A stretch of 64,000 nt of DNA from assembly GCA_016699615.1 (NCBI GenBank), contig CP064984.1:1806185-1870184 (forward strand), read 5' to 3'. This document shows, in pieces, positions 40,843 to 50,312 of the stretch. Both the position numbers and the translations under genes were made by a program. The stretch comes from Sphingobacteriales bacterium. Its GTDB lineage: Bacteria; Bacteroidota; Bacteroidia; Chitinophagales; JADIYW01. The notes under the pieces were generated by a model that saw only the letters and a list, made by a program, of their open reading frames with translations, was not told the DNA's origin and made no database searches. Every line of letters starts with the position of its first letter. Position 1 is the stretch's first letter.

Positions 40843-41260
40843 TAATATAATTATTAGTGCTATTGTTTCGCCAAATGGTACTATTTCAAATATCATCCAT
40901 TCTAAAAGAAAATTCAAAATTATAGCACCTGAATTTCTGAAAGTAGAAATCAATAGGCACAAAGAAAAGATTTTAAAATTAACAGGATATTCAGTTAATG
41001 AATATGAATTAATTTATAAAGAATTAATTGCAAATATCCAATTTGTAGATACAAATGGTATTCCTAAATATTATACTCAAAAAGCATTTGATTTGGTAAA
41101 AGATATAGATTTGGATGACTTAGAATTTGTAGAATTGGCATTATACAAAAGATGCTTATTATGGACAGTTGATAGAAGTCTAGTAAATGGTCTGAAGAAA
41201 AAAGGATTTACAAAAATTATCACTACATCAGAGTTAAGAAAATTTCTCTATAAAAAGTAA
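40823..41260 (+). CDS. PIN-domain ribonuclease toxin
   Basis: The N-terminus LISDSNIIISAI carries the first acidic residue. DIDLDDLEFVELA and LWTVDRSL match PIN acidic positions. Confidence 0.65.
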   Translation: MLLISDSNIIISAIVSPNGTISNIIHSKRKFKIIAPEFLKVEINRHKEKILKLTGYSVNEYELIYKELIANIQFVDTNGIPKYYTQKAFDLVKDIDLDDLEFVELALYKRCLLWTVDRSLVNGLKKKGFTKIITTSELRKFLYKK

Positions 41261-41391
41261 TACAATAAGCTAACAAGAAGAGGTATAATAGCAAAAAATA
41301 GTTGGTAAAATGGCTTAAAGCGTCAATTTTTATTGGTGTTTAGGGTATGGTTATTGAAAATGATTTCAATTTAATTTATTTTACTTAAAAA

Positions 41392-42356
41392 ATGGCTAAA
41401 AAAAGTGCTGGTCGTGTGGTTCTAGCAATGTAATAAAATGGGGTTTTCAAAAAGGTAAACAACGTTTTAAATGTAAAGATTGTGGTCTATTATTTATCAG
41501 ACAAAATAAATCTGTTAGTTTATCTAACAAGTTTATTTAGTTTAAAAAATGGATTTTACAAAGACAAACAATTACTGATTTAGCAATAGAAAGTAATTAT
41601 AGTGTTCGGAGTTTAAAAAGCTTATTTGATACTTATCTGCAAAAAGCACCAACGCATAAATTCTATCCATCTGAACAACTTAATTTGCTTATTGATGGCA
41701 CTTATTTTTCTAATAATATTTGCTTAATAATTTACCGAGATGATACGATAAAACTCACACAACTGTATAGGATTACTGATGGTGAATATTTTGAAGAAAT
41801 TAAAGAAGATTTACAAAATATCTTATCGCTTGGTATTCGTATAGATAGTATTACATGTGACGGTCACAAATCGATACTAAAAGCAATCAAGGTAGTTTGT
41901 AAGCAGGTTTATTTACAACGCTGTACAGTTCATATACAGAGAGAATGCAGAGCTTGGCTAACTACTCAACCTAAACATATTGCAGGTGTAGAGCTACTAG
42001 CTATTGTGCATCAATTACACACCATTATTACACATGAGCAATCTCATGATTGGATAAAACAAGTGCTAGACTGGCATTTAAAATACAGCTCATTTATTAA
42101 TGAAAAATCATACAGCATTACCACAAATAGATATTGGTATAAACATAAAATGGTTCGTAAAGCATTTGTTCATATTAGAAACGCAATTCCTAACTTATTT
42201 ACGTATCTATTTAATCCAAGAATACCAAAATCAACTAATGGCTTAGAGGCATTCTTCGGGCATCTCAAAAGTCATGTTTTAATGCATCGTGGATTGACCA
42301 AGGAACATAGAACCAATTTCATTAAATGGTATTTATACTTTAAAAATCAGAAATGA
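41392..42356 (+). pseudogene. Degraded DDE transposase with N-terminal zinc ribbon (IS1/IS1595-like)
   Basis: The ATG at 41392 is out of frame with the CWSCGSSNVIKWGFQKGKQRFKCKDCG zinc ribbon. One extra A in the A7 run at 41398-41404 would restore the frame. An in-frame TAG lies at 41538-41540. The catalytic part is in ORF 41685..42356 (LLIDGTYF, ITCDGHKS, STNGLEAFFGHLK). Confidence 0.6.
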
Positions 42357-42618
42357 GTTTTTTTAGCCATAGAACAATTTGGTAATAAAAATAAGGCAGT
42401 CTTAAAGACTGCCCATTACCATATTTGTATCAACCATATTGCTGGTAGGTTGCTCTCCAGCAGAGCCTACTTCCTCTTTTGGTTGACAGTAGAATATTAA
42501 GCATTATTTTTAACAAAATCAACAACTATTTTTTGCACCATTACCCAAGATATTTTATCTGAGATAGTAAAGCAATTAGATGTAATGTTTATATAACAAC
42601 AAATAATGAGCTATTTTG

Positions 42619-42697
42619 TACCGAAGGTGGGACTCGAACCCACACACTTGCGTACACGAGTTTGAGTCGTGCGCGTCTACCATTCCGCCACTTCGGC
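42619..42697 (-). tRNA. tRNA-Leu (anticodon CAA), long variable arm
   Basis: The minus strand reads GCCGAAGTGGCGGAATGGTAGACGCGCACGACTCAAACTCGTGTACGCAAGTGTGTGGGTTCGAGTCCCACCTTCGGTA. It folds as a cloverleaf with a CTCAAAC anticodon loop and a GGTTCGAGTCC T-arm. No CCA is encoded. Confidence 0.85.
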
Positions 42698-42754
42698 AAT
42701 TTGTTTAAAGAACTTTTGTAAAAGTAATTATTTTATTTCAATTTCAAAATATTA

Positions 42755-44113
42755 TCAACCAAAAATTCCTCTTATAATATCCATTCCATTAGCAAACAAC
42801 ATTAATCCTAGTATTATTACTAATCCTATATTTTGTAACACATTTTGAACTTTTATAGGTAATGGTTTTCCTACTACCATTTCGTAAAATAAGAATACAA
42901 TATAACCACCATCTAACATAGGTATTGGCAATATATTCATGAATGCTAATATTACAGATATTAATGCTGTGATGCTCCAAAATGCTCTCCAATCCCAAGT
43001 TGCTGGCATTATTTTACCCATAGAATAAAATCCACCTAAGTTGTCTTTTAGTTCTACTTTTGGCAATGCCATTAGTTTCAAGCTCTTCCAATAGTCGCTA
43101 ATTTTTGTAAATGGCTCTTTAAAACCTCTAGCTATTGCAGCAAAGAAACCATATTCTATATGTTCTGTTGGATATAGATTTTCTAATTCAAATTTTGCAG
43201 CAATGCCAATTTTAGCTTCTTTATTTGGCGTTACTTGTATGTCTACAGTATCGTTATTTCTTAGCACTGTAACAGGAATACTTGTATTCGCATGTTTTGC
43301 AATTTCGTTATGTGCTTCTACATAGGTTGGTGTGCTTATAGAATCTACAGCTAGTAAAATATCATCTTTTTTAAATCCAGCTGCTGCCGCAGGATTGTCT
43401 TTTAATACACTATCAATAACAAATGGCATGATAGGCATTACTATTTGTGTTTTTTTCTTTTGTATTAATGTACCTAAAAATTCTTTTGAAATTTTTAATG
43501 TTTGCTCTTCGCCATTTCTATTTATAGTTAATGTAGATGCTTGGTTGAGTAGCATATCTTTTTGGAAATTATCAAATCTTTCAATTGGTTTTCCATCTAG
43601 AGCCACTAGTTTATCGCCCGTTTGTAAACCTAAGTCATAAGCAACAGAATCTACTATCATAATTCCGTTTTTTACATTTTTATTAGGCAAATAATCTTCG
43701 CCATATACGCCAAATAAGCCTGCGTATATAAACATTGCCAACACCAAGTTTACAGTAACGCCACCAACCATAATGATCAGTCGTTGCCAAGCTGGTTTAA
43801 ATCTAAATTGTTGTTCCTTTGGTGTGTCGTCTTTATCTAGTTCTTCTTCAGATGTAGTTTCGTCTACCATACCTGCAATATCTACATAGCCACCAAATGG
43901 AAACCAGCCTAAGCCATATTCTGTACCACCAATTTTCTTTTTAAATATTGAAAATGGCAATACTTTGGAGAAAGGGAAAAGGAAGTCAAAAAAGAGGTAA
44001 AATTTTTTAACACGTGTTCCAAAAAGTTTTGCAGGAATAAAGTGTCCCATTTCATGAAGAATAATTAGTAAGGACAATCCTAAAAACAAGTAAAATATTT
44101 GTATAAAATTCAT
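42755..44113 (-). CDS. rseP: RseP/site-2 (RIP) zinc metalloprotease with PDZ domains
   Basis: The HEMGHF zinc motif is in the first TM region. PDZ segments and a C-terminal LDGG motif are present. Confidence 0.85.
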   Translation of the reverse strand: MNFIQIFYLFLGLSLLIILHEMGHFIPAKLFGTRVKKFYLFFDFLFPFSKVLPFSIFKKKIGGTEYGLGWFPFGGYVDIAGMVDETTSEEELDKDDTPKEQQFRFKPAWQRLIIMVGGVTVNLVLAMFIYAGLFGVYGEDYLPNKNVKNGIMIVDSVAYDLGLQTGDKLVALDGKPIERFDNFQKDMLLNQASTLTINRNGEEQTLKISKEFLGTLIQKKKTQIVMPIMPFVIDSVLKDNPAAAAGFKKDDILLAVDSISTPTYVEAHNEIAKHANTSIPVTVLRNNDTVDIQVTPNKEAKIGIAAKFELENLYPTEHIEYGFFAAIARGFKEPFTKISDYWKSLKLMALPKVELKDNLGGFYSMGKIMPATWDWRAFWSITALISVILAFMNILPIPMLDGGYIVFLFYEMVVGKPLPIKVQNVLQNIGLVIILGLMLFANGMDIIRGIFG

Positions 44114-44207
44114 TGCTATATATTAATTTTTTTGGTTTTTAATAATTTTAAAAACAAGGTTGTAAAAATAAGAAACAAAAGCTAGATTATTCGTTAATAA
44201 TTGTTTA

Positions 44208-46142
44208 TCAATACGGATGTGTAACAGTGCCTATTTTTTTGGCTAGTTCGTTTCTAATGCTTAAGAGTTGTATTTTCTTTAAATAGGATGCAAAAGTAAG
44301 CTCTTCTTCTTTACTTTCTTCAGATTCTTTTATTTTTTCATCAATTTGCTGTATGGCTTCCATTATTTTAAGATACTGATATCTATTCATGACAGAAATG
44401 ACATCGGTTTTGTAAGTTCTATTGGCTTCTTTTACTATAATTTCATGCCTTTTCAACCAATTTGGACTCAGCTCATAGCTTGATGCTTGTATGTCTATCA
44501 AGGTTTTTTTTACTTCATCATCTTCAATATGCGTCAGTTGATTAATTTCTTCAAATGGTACATCTTGCTCATAAGCATTAATATAATATTTAATGACTTT
44601 GTCGAAAATTGAGTTTTTAAATGGCGTATCTATTAATTCTGAAAGTACAAAAACACCCACGTTTTCATCTTCATTCATTTCTTTGTCGGCGTGTTCCAAT
44701 AAAACCCGAATGATATCTTTTTCTTGGAAATAGAAAGTTGGTGTTGCTGTTTTTGTTTGCTGTTTTTCTAATTCAATTTGCTGTGTAGGATATTCTTCTG
44801 CTTCATTATCATTGTTCCAATCTTCTTGTTTTTTTAGCTGCTGAGATTTTATTTTATTGATTTCAATATTTAAAATCTTTTCATCAATATCTACAATTTT
44901 AGCACATTCTTTTATGTATAGTTGTCGTTTAATATTATCGCTAACCAATGCTATACTTCGTACAATGTCTTTTATAATCTCAGATTTCTTGATTGGGTCG
45001 TTAGCCACTTCTTCAATGCCTTGCGATGCTTTGAATAATATAAAATCTTTTTGATTGTTTTGAATATAATTTAATGCAACATCAGTGCCATTATTGCGTA
45101 CAAACGAGTCTGGATCTTCTGCATTGGGAAGCATTACAATTTTTACATTCAAGCCAATTTCCAAAACAATATCCAATCCACGTAGAGCTGCTTTTACACC
45201 AGCTGCATCACCATCATACAGTATAACTATATTTTGAGTAAACCTTTTGATGAGTAACACTTGCTCGCGTGTAAGTGCTGTACCAGAACTCGCTACTACA
45301 TTTTTTATGCCAGCTTGGTACAATGAAATAACATCTGTGTAACCTTCCACCAAAATACATTCATCTTGTTTCCTGATAAATTCTTTTGCATGGAAAATGC
45401 CATACAATAATTGACTTTTGTGATATACTTCTGTTTCTGCTGTATTAATATATTTTGGCTGATTTTCTGCTTTTCTTAATACTCTTCCGCCAAATGCTAC
45501 TGTTTTGCCAGATATATTATGTATTGGAAACATTAGTCTATCTCTAAAGAAATCATATTTCTTATTGTTTTTCTCTTTAATTAGTCCAGCATTCAACAAT
45601 ACATCTTCATTGTATGCATTGCTTTTAGCTTCGTTTAAGAATGCATCAAAGCTATCTGGTGCATACCCTATCTGAAATTTTTCAATCACTTCATGGCTCA
45701 AGCCTCTTTCTGTACAATAACTTAGAGCAATTGCTTGTCCATCTTCTGTTTCTAGCAATTGTTTGTGGTAAAATTTAGATGCAAAATTTAAAGCAATATA
45801 TAAGCTATCTACTTGTGCTTGCTCGGCTTTACTTTCTTCAGTTTGCGTATAAGTTTCTTCTACTTCAATATGATATTTGTTCGCCAAAAATTTTAGAGCT
45901 TCAGGATATGATAATTTTTCGTGCTCCATTATAAAATTGATGGAATCGCCGCCTTTGCCACAACCAAAACATTTGAATATATTTTTGTTCGGATTAACCA
46001 CAAACGAAGGTGTTTTTTCTTGATGGAAAGGACAATTACCTTTGTAGATACTGCCAGATTTTTTCAGATTCACATAATCGCCCACCACTTCAACAATCTG
46101 GGCTGTGTCTATAATTTTTCGTATGGTGTCTCTAGTAATCAA
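44208..46142 (-). CDS. dnaG: DNA primase
   Basis: The zinc finger is CPFHQEKTPSF..CFGCGKGGD. The Toprim motifs are EGYTDV and YDGDAAG. Confidence 0.9.
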   Translation of the reverse strand: MITRDTIRKIIDTAQIVEVVGDYVNLKKSGSIYKGNCPFHQEKTPSFVVNPNKNIFKCFGCGKGGDSINFIMEHEKLSYPEALKFLANKYHIEVEETYTQTEESKAEQAQVDSLYIALNFASKFYHKQLLETEDGQAIALSYCTERGLSHEVIEKFQIGYAPDSFDAFLNEAKSNAYNEDVLLNAGLIKEKNNKKYDFFRDRLMFPIHNISGKTVAFGGRVLRKAENQPKYINTAETEVYHKSQLLYGIFHAKEFIRKQDECILVEGYTDVISLYQAGIKNVVASSGTALTREQVLLIKRFTQNIVILYDGDAAGVKAALRGLDIVLEIGLNVKIVMLPNAEDPDSFVRNNGTDVALNYIQNNQKDFILFKASQGIEEVANDPIKKSEIIKDIVRSIALVSDNIKRQLYIKECAKIVDIDEKILNIEINKIKSQQLKKQEDWNNDNEAEEYPTQQIELEKQQTKTATPTFYFQEKDIIRVLLEHADKEMNEDENVGVFVLSELIDTPFKNSIFDKVIKYYINAYEQDVPFEEINQLTHIEDDEVKKTLIDIQASSYELSPNWLKRHEIIVKEANRTYKTDVISVMNRYQYLKIMEAIQQIDEKIKESEESKEEELTFASYLKKIQLLSIRNELAKKIGTVTHPY

Positions 46143-46312
46143 GTGTGTAAAGATAAGAACTCTCCATTAAAAAATTGAAGCAATACTATAATAATGCAAT
46201 TTGTTGAAGTAGCTGTAGGTTTAGCTGGCTAATGAATATACGCACTAAGGAAAAATACTAAAATGTTGAAATCTTTGTAGCAAAAATATAAATTTTAAAA
46301 TTAACAATCTAT

Positions 46313-46320
46313 TATATTTG
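46313..46320 (+). promoter_or_regulatory. Candidate -7 box (TATATTTG) for the accessory-cas13b operon
   Basis: It matches TAnnTTTG and lies 22 nt upstream of the ATG at 46342. No convincing -33 TTG was found. Confidence 0.3.
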
Positions 46321-46341
46321 ATATAGTAAAACTATACAATT

Positions 46342-46995
46342 ATGGAAAAACTTTCTTTTAAGTATTATACTATTTCTGCGGCAATAGCTATAGTCATTAG
46401 CTCATCTCTTGCTTTCTTAGGATTTAATAATTTAATTGCGCAAATAACTAAAAACTTTTGTTCAGAAGCAAAGCAAATTATTTCATTAATAATGAGTCTC
46501 TTTTCTGTAGCAACAATTGCCTACCTGCTGAACCATTATTGTTTTGGTATAATGCGTTATTTTTTAGGATTACCTGATTTGCGAGGAAACTATACAGGTA
46601 AGCTTGAAAGTAGTTATCATGTAGATGATGATGAAAGCAAACCACATATTACTAAATATGTAAAAATTAGTATTTCACAGAATGTAAATGGTTTTTATGT
46701 CGAAGCATTTTTTTATGAACATGAAGCATCTTTAAAACATAGTTCAGAATCGTATAGTGTTTCGCATGATATTGATAAGAAACCTAATAATGAGTATATT
46801 ATTACTTACAGATACAAAAATAAAGCAGATAAGCTACATGATGACCACGAGAAATATGGCTTAACTGACCACGATGGTATTACTATTTTAACTTTTAATG
46901 CTAAAAATAAAACCTTAAATGGAAAATATTTTAACGATAGCCAAAACCGACCAAGCTATGGAAATTTAAATTTAACTAAAAACAATAAATTATAG
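46342..46995 (+). CDS. Cas13b-associated membrane protein: two N-terminal TM helices plus a ~140-aa beta-strand-rich soluble domain (Cap15 / S-2TMbeta-like architecture)
   Basis: The hydrophobic helices are YTISAAIAIVISSSLAFLGFNNLI and QIISLIMSLFSVATIAYLLNHYCFGIM. These are followed by LRGNYTGKLESSY...VKISISQNVNGFYVEAFFYE...YIITYRYKN...GITILTFNAKNKTLNGKYFN...YGNLNLTK, with alternating patterns typical of beta strands. The stop lies 4 nt before the cas13b ATG on the same strand. Confidence 0.6.
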   Translation: MEKLSFKYYTISAAIAIVISSSLAFLGFNNLIAQITKNFCSEAKQIISLIMSLFSVATIAYLLNHYCFGIMRYFLGLPDLRGNYTGKLESSYHVDDDESKPHITKYVKISISQNVNGFYVEAFFYEHEASLKHSSESYSVSHDIDKKPNNEYIITYRYKNKADKLHDDHEKYGLTDHDGITILTFNAKNKTLNGKYFNDSQNRPSYGNLNLTKNNKL

Positions 46996-46999
46996 AACT

Positions 47000-49900
47000 A
47001 TGGAAACAAATAACAAAAGAGAAAAAAATTATTCTCAACCAACACTAGAGAAAAATGGAGAATTAGCTCTGTTTTATAACTTGGCTTATAATAGAATAAG
47101 CGAATATATTAAACTTCAAGAAAAAAATGCTAAAGATGAAATAAGAGACTATTTTGGTGATGTAGATATAAAACACGAAAAATTTTCTGAAGCTTTATTT
47201 AGTGAAAGTACCTACACCAATTTAAAAATATACTTGTGGAAAGAACAAAAAGGAGGAAAGATAAAATATATAAAACCATGGGAAATAGAGATGATAAATC
47301 ATATGTTGCACCTTTTATGGCGATTAAGAGACTTTCATTCACACTATTGGCATGATAATGCTGGTATTGTAATTTTTAAAGAAGATTTTAGAGCTTTTCT
47401 TATTGAAAAGTTTAATGAAGCATTAACTTCTTATGATGCTAGATATCCTTTTGCTCAAAAATATTACAGAAACCAAGTTCCTATTTTAATTAATGCAGAA
47501 ACAAATAAATTTAATACCGAAGGCATAAACTTTTATTTAAGTTTCTTTTTAACAAAGAGCCAAATGGAATTATTTATGAATAATCGTGAATATCTTAAAA
47601 TGAAAGGCGTAAAGAAAGAATCAAAGAATTCTGAAAATATAAGAGACTTTGATTTTATGAGAAAAGTAAATACACATTTTTGCCTGTCAGATGGGCACCA
47701 ACTAAATATTGCTTCATTGAAAAAAGAAGATACATTATTTGATGAATATTTAGCTGATCAAATCATTAATAACGAAGAAGGAATAACATTAGATAAACAA
47801 AGCCTTGAAATTCTAAAAATAGAAACAGAAAACTACCTTAACTCCATACCTGCATACTTATACAATGAATTAAATATTAACCAAAAGAAATATCAAGTAA
47901 AAAGATTGAACAATAATTATTTAGTGCTTTTATCACAATATATTGCCCTGCATACAACAAAATTTTTAAAAGATAATAACGACAAAAGACAAATAAACTG
48001 GAAAGTTACCGAATATACTATTGAAAAAAGAAATCCTATAAGAAAAGAAGAATTAAGAGAAGTATCTGAAAATGAAAATAAACAAATACCTAACAACTAT
48101 GATAAAATAGTCCATAAATTCAACACCAACTTTGGTATTCAGTTTAAAATTGACGATTCTGATAAATCTAAAGTAATTCAGTATTATAATAAACCATACA
48201 CAGATAAAAATCTTACTGCAATAGAGCTTGTCTTTACTGATAATTCAAGAATACGATTTAATATTGGGCTTAAAGCTCTTACTCATTGGGCAACAATGAT
48301 TATTGGCGGGCATATTGATAAAGTAGTGAATAATCTTTTTGTTTTTGCAGAAGAATACAAACAGCTTGTAGAATATATCAGATACAGAACCAACGATTTT
48401 GATTTAGACAAAACACAATATATAAAAATGTTTTGCCAAAAAGGAGTTTCTGGAGATAAAAACGCTATTGGCTTACAAATTCCACAACCTCTTTTAGATG
48501 CTTATTTTGCAATAAAAAATACAGATTTTGTAGAAATTCCTGTCGATGAACTGAGAACAAAAGTATTACAAAAAGCAAAAAGTAGAATTGGTGTTTTAGA
48601 AGAAATGAAATCTAAAGCAGTTGATACCAATTATCACGATTATAAAATGAGTGCAGAGCTAATTAAAGAGTTTAATAATTTAAAATCAGAATACAATTTA
48701 GATAAAAAAAACTTTGCTAATACTGAGCGATTAGATGAACTAGACACACTTTTAAAAGAAGATAAAAAAATACAAAAGAAGAATACAAAAATTCGTTTCA
48801 GTAAAATGAAAGAACTGCTTTTTGTAATGAAATGGATTTTAGAGAAATCTAAAAAATTTAACGACCCAAAACAAAAGAAAGCAGTATGCAAATACATTTA
48901 TTTATTAGATGACAAAACCTCTGCTGAAAAATTTCTTAAAAATGATAAAATAGAAAAATTAGATTCAGATTTAGCCTTGTATTCTGCTTCTGAATGGCTT
49001 ACAAGACTAGCCACAAAAGAAGAATACCAAACAGATGAAAACCCACAGCTAGTAGAAAGAAAAGCATTACACAATATTTTTTTTACAACAGCTACAAGTT
49101 TTGATGAAGCCTATCTACAAGTAATAGATTTAGCCATTAAAAAATACAATACTTTGCAAGAAACTATTAATAAACACATAGAAACAAACAGTAAAGAAAC
49201 ATCAACAAGCATACCACCATCAAAAGATAAAACAGATGGAAGATTAATGTGGCTATTACAAAGATGTAAAGAACTAGATTTAACTAATAAATCATATACG
49301 CTTTCTGCTAATAGCGATTTTAGAGAAGCTACAAAAAAAGAGGTAGATAGAATAAAAGAATTGGTAATGCCTTATGTTTTTAAATATGATTATATAGATG
49401 AAAATAATTTTAAGGAAGGCTATATTTTTGGATTATCCAACTGGTTTTTTGAAACAATAGATAATTTTAAAGAAAAATTTATAGCCACAAAAAACACTCA
49501 TATAGTTCAATTTGTTGAAGAAAAACGAAAACAATATCAGGAGTATTTCAAGAATAATCAAAATGCACAACCTTATTTGGTATCAAAAGATGCCTTTAGT
49601 AATAGGTTAGAAAAAGAAGATTTTAATAAGGCAAGAACCTTTTATCAAGATGTAGTACACGATGCCTTACTTGCTAAATTAAAAGACAATTATTTTAATT
49701 TACAATCACATAAATTTGATATTAAGCGAACTAGAAGCAAAGATATTAAAATAGAGCATATAATAAATGACATAAAACTACATACTTTTATACCTATAAA
49801 GCTATTGCAAAGAAATAATGGAGTAATCCATAAAAAACACATTATAAAAATGATGGAGCTACTGTATAAAAAAGAAATTCAAAAAGGTAGAGATAATCCA

Positions 49901-50242
49901 AAAACAACTTTCGAATATCAAACCATAGTTCAGCGATTACAAAGTTATTACCAACAAAGTATAAAGTATGTATCAGAAATTTTAAAGAACGAGAAAGAAT
50001 ATGGAGAAAGCCAAGATTGGGCGGCTATACAAAATAAAATAGACCTTATTAACAATCCTATTCCGCAAGAATTTGAGCATAAAAAATTTGAAGTATTTAG
50101 AAGTTATATTGAAAGTAAATATGTAAACGCTTTCGTGGATATTGAAAAACAACTACGAAATAAAATATTTCATTTAGATGTAGCAGAAAAAGGATTTGGA
50201 AATCTATTAAAACTAAAACAACAAAATAATACCAATATATAA
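47000..50242 (+). CDS. cas13b: Cas13b-like type VI-B CRISPR effector (dual-HEPN RNA-guided RNase)
   Basis: Size is 1080 aa. The N-terminal HEPN motif is LWRLRDFHSHYWH (R110..H115, nt 47327-47344). The C-terminal HEPN motif is EKQLRNKIFHLDV (R1053..H1058, nt 50156-50173). The segments INFYLSFFLTKSQMELF and YQDVVHDALLAKL resemble Cas13b blocks recalled from the Bergeyella and Prevotella proteins. It directly precedes a 36-bp-repeat array. Confidence 0.85.
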   Translation: METNNKREKNYSQPTLEKNGELALFYNLAYNRISEYIKLQEKNAKDEIRDYFGDVDIKHEKFSEALFSESTYTNLKIYLWKEQKGGKIKYIKPWEIEMINHMLHLLWRLRDFHSHYWHDNAGIVIFKEDFRAFLIEKFNEALTSYDARYPFAQKYYRNQVPILINAETNKFNTEGINFYLSFFLTKSQMELFMNNREYLKMKGVKKESKNSENIRDFDFMRKVNTHFCLSDGHQLNIASLKKEDTLFDEYLADQIINNEEGITLDKQSLEILKIETENYLNSIPAYLYNELNINQKKYQVKRLNNNYLVLLSQYIALHTTKFLKDNNDKRQINWKVTEYTIEKRNPIRKEELREVSENENKQIPNNYDKIVHKFNTNFGIQFKIDDSDKSKVIQYYNKPYTDKNLTAIELVFTDNSRIRFNIGLKALTHWATMIIGGHIDKVVNNLFVFAEEYKQLVEYIRYRTNDFDLDKTQYIKMFCQKGVSGDKNAIGLQIPQPLLDAYFAIKNTDFVEIPVDELRTKVLQKAKSRIGVLEEMKSKAVDTNYHDYKMSAELIKEFNNLKSEYNLDKKNFANTERLDELDTLLKEDKKIQKKNTKIRFSKMKELLFVMKWILEKSKKFNDPKQKKAVCKYIYLLDDKTSAEKFLKNDKIEKLDSDLALYSASEWLTRLATKEEYQTDENPQLVERKALHNIFFTTATSFDEAYLQVIDLAIKKYNTLQETINKHIETNSKETSTSIPPSKDKTDGRLMWLLQRCKELDLTNKSYTLSANSDFREATKKEVDRIKELVMPYVFKYDYIDENNFKEGYIFGLSNWFFETIDNFKEKFIATKNTHIVQFVEEKRKQYQEYFKNNQNAQPYLVSKDAFSNRLEKEDFNKARTFYQDVVHDALLAKLKDNYFNLQSHKFDIKRTRSKDIKIEHIINDIKLHTFIPIKLLQRNNGVIHKKHIIKMMELLYKKEIQKGRDNPKTTFEYQTIVQRLQSYYQQSIKYVSEILKNEKEYGESQDWAAIQNKIDLINNPIPQEFEHKKFEVFRSYIESKYVNAFVDIEKQLRNKIFHLDVAEKGFGNLLKLKQQNNTNI

Positions 50243-50286
50243 CCAAAACATGCATTTTTATAAAGCAGAAAACAAGCTAAATTATT

Positions 50287-50294
50287 TATATTTA
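50287..50294 (+). promoter_or_regulatory. Near-consensus -7 box (TATATTTA) in the 70-bp CRISPR leader
   Basis: It has one mismatch to TAnnTTTG and lies 18 nt upstream of the first repeat. Confidence 0.25.
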
Positions 50295-50312
50295 GCACTT
50301 TATAAACAAGCC

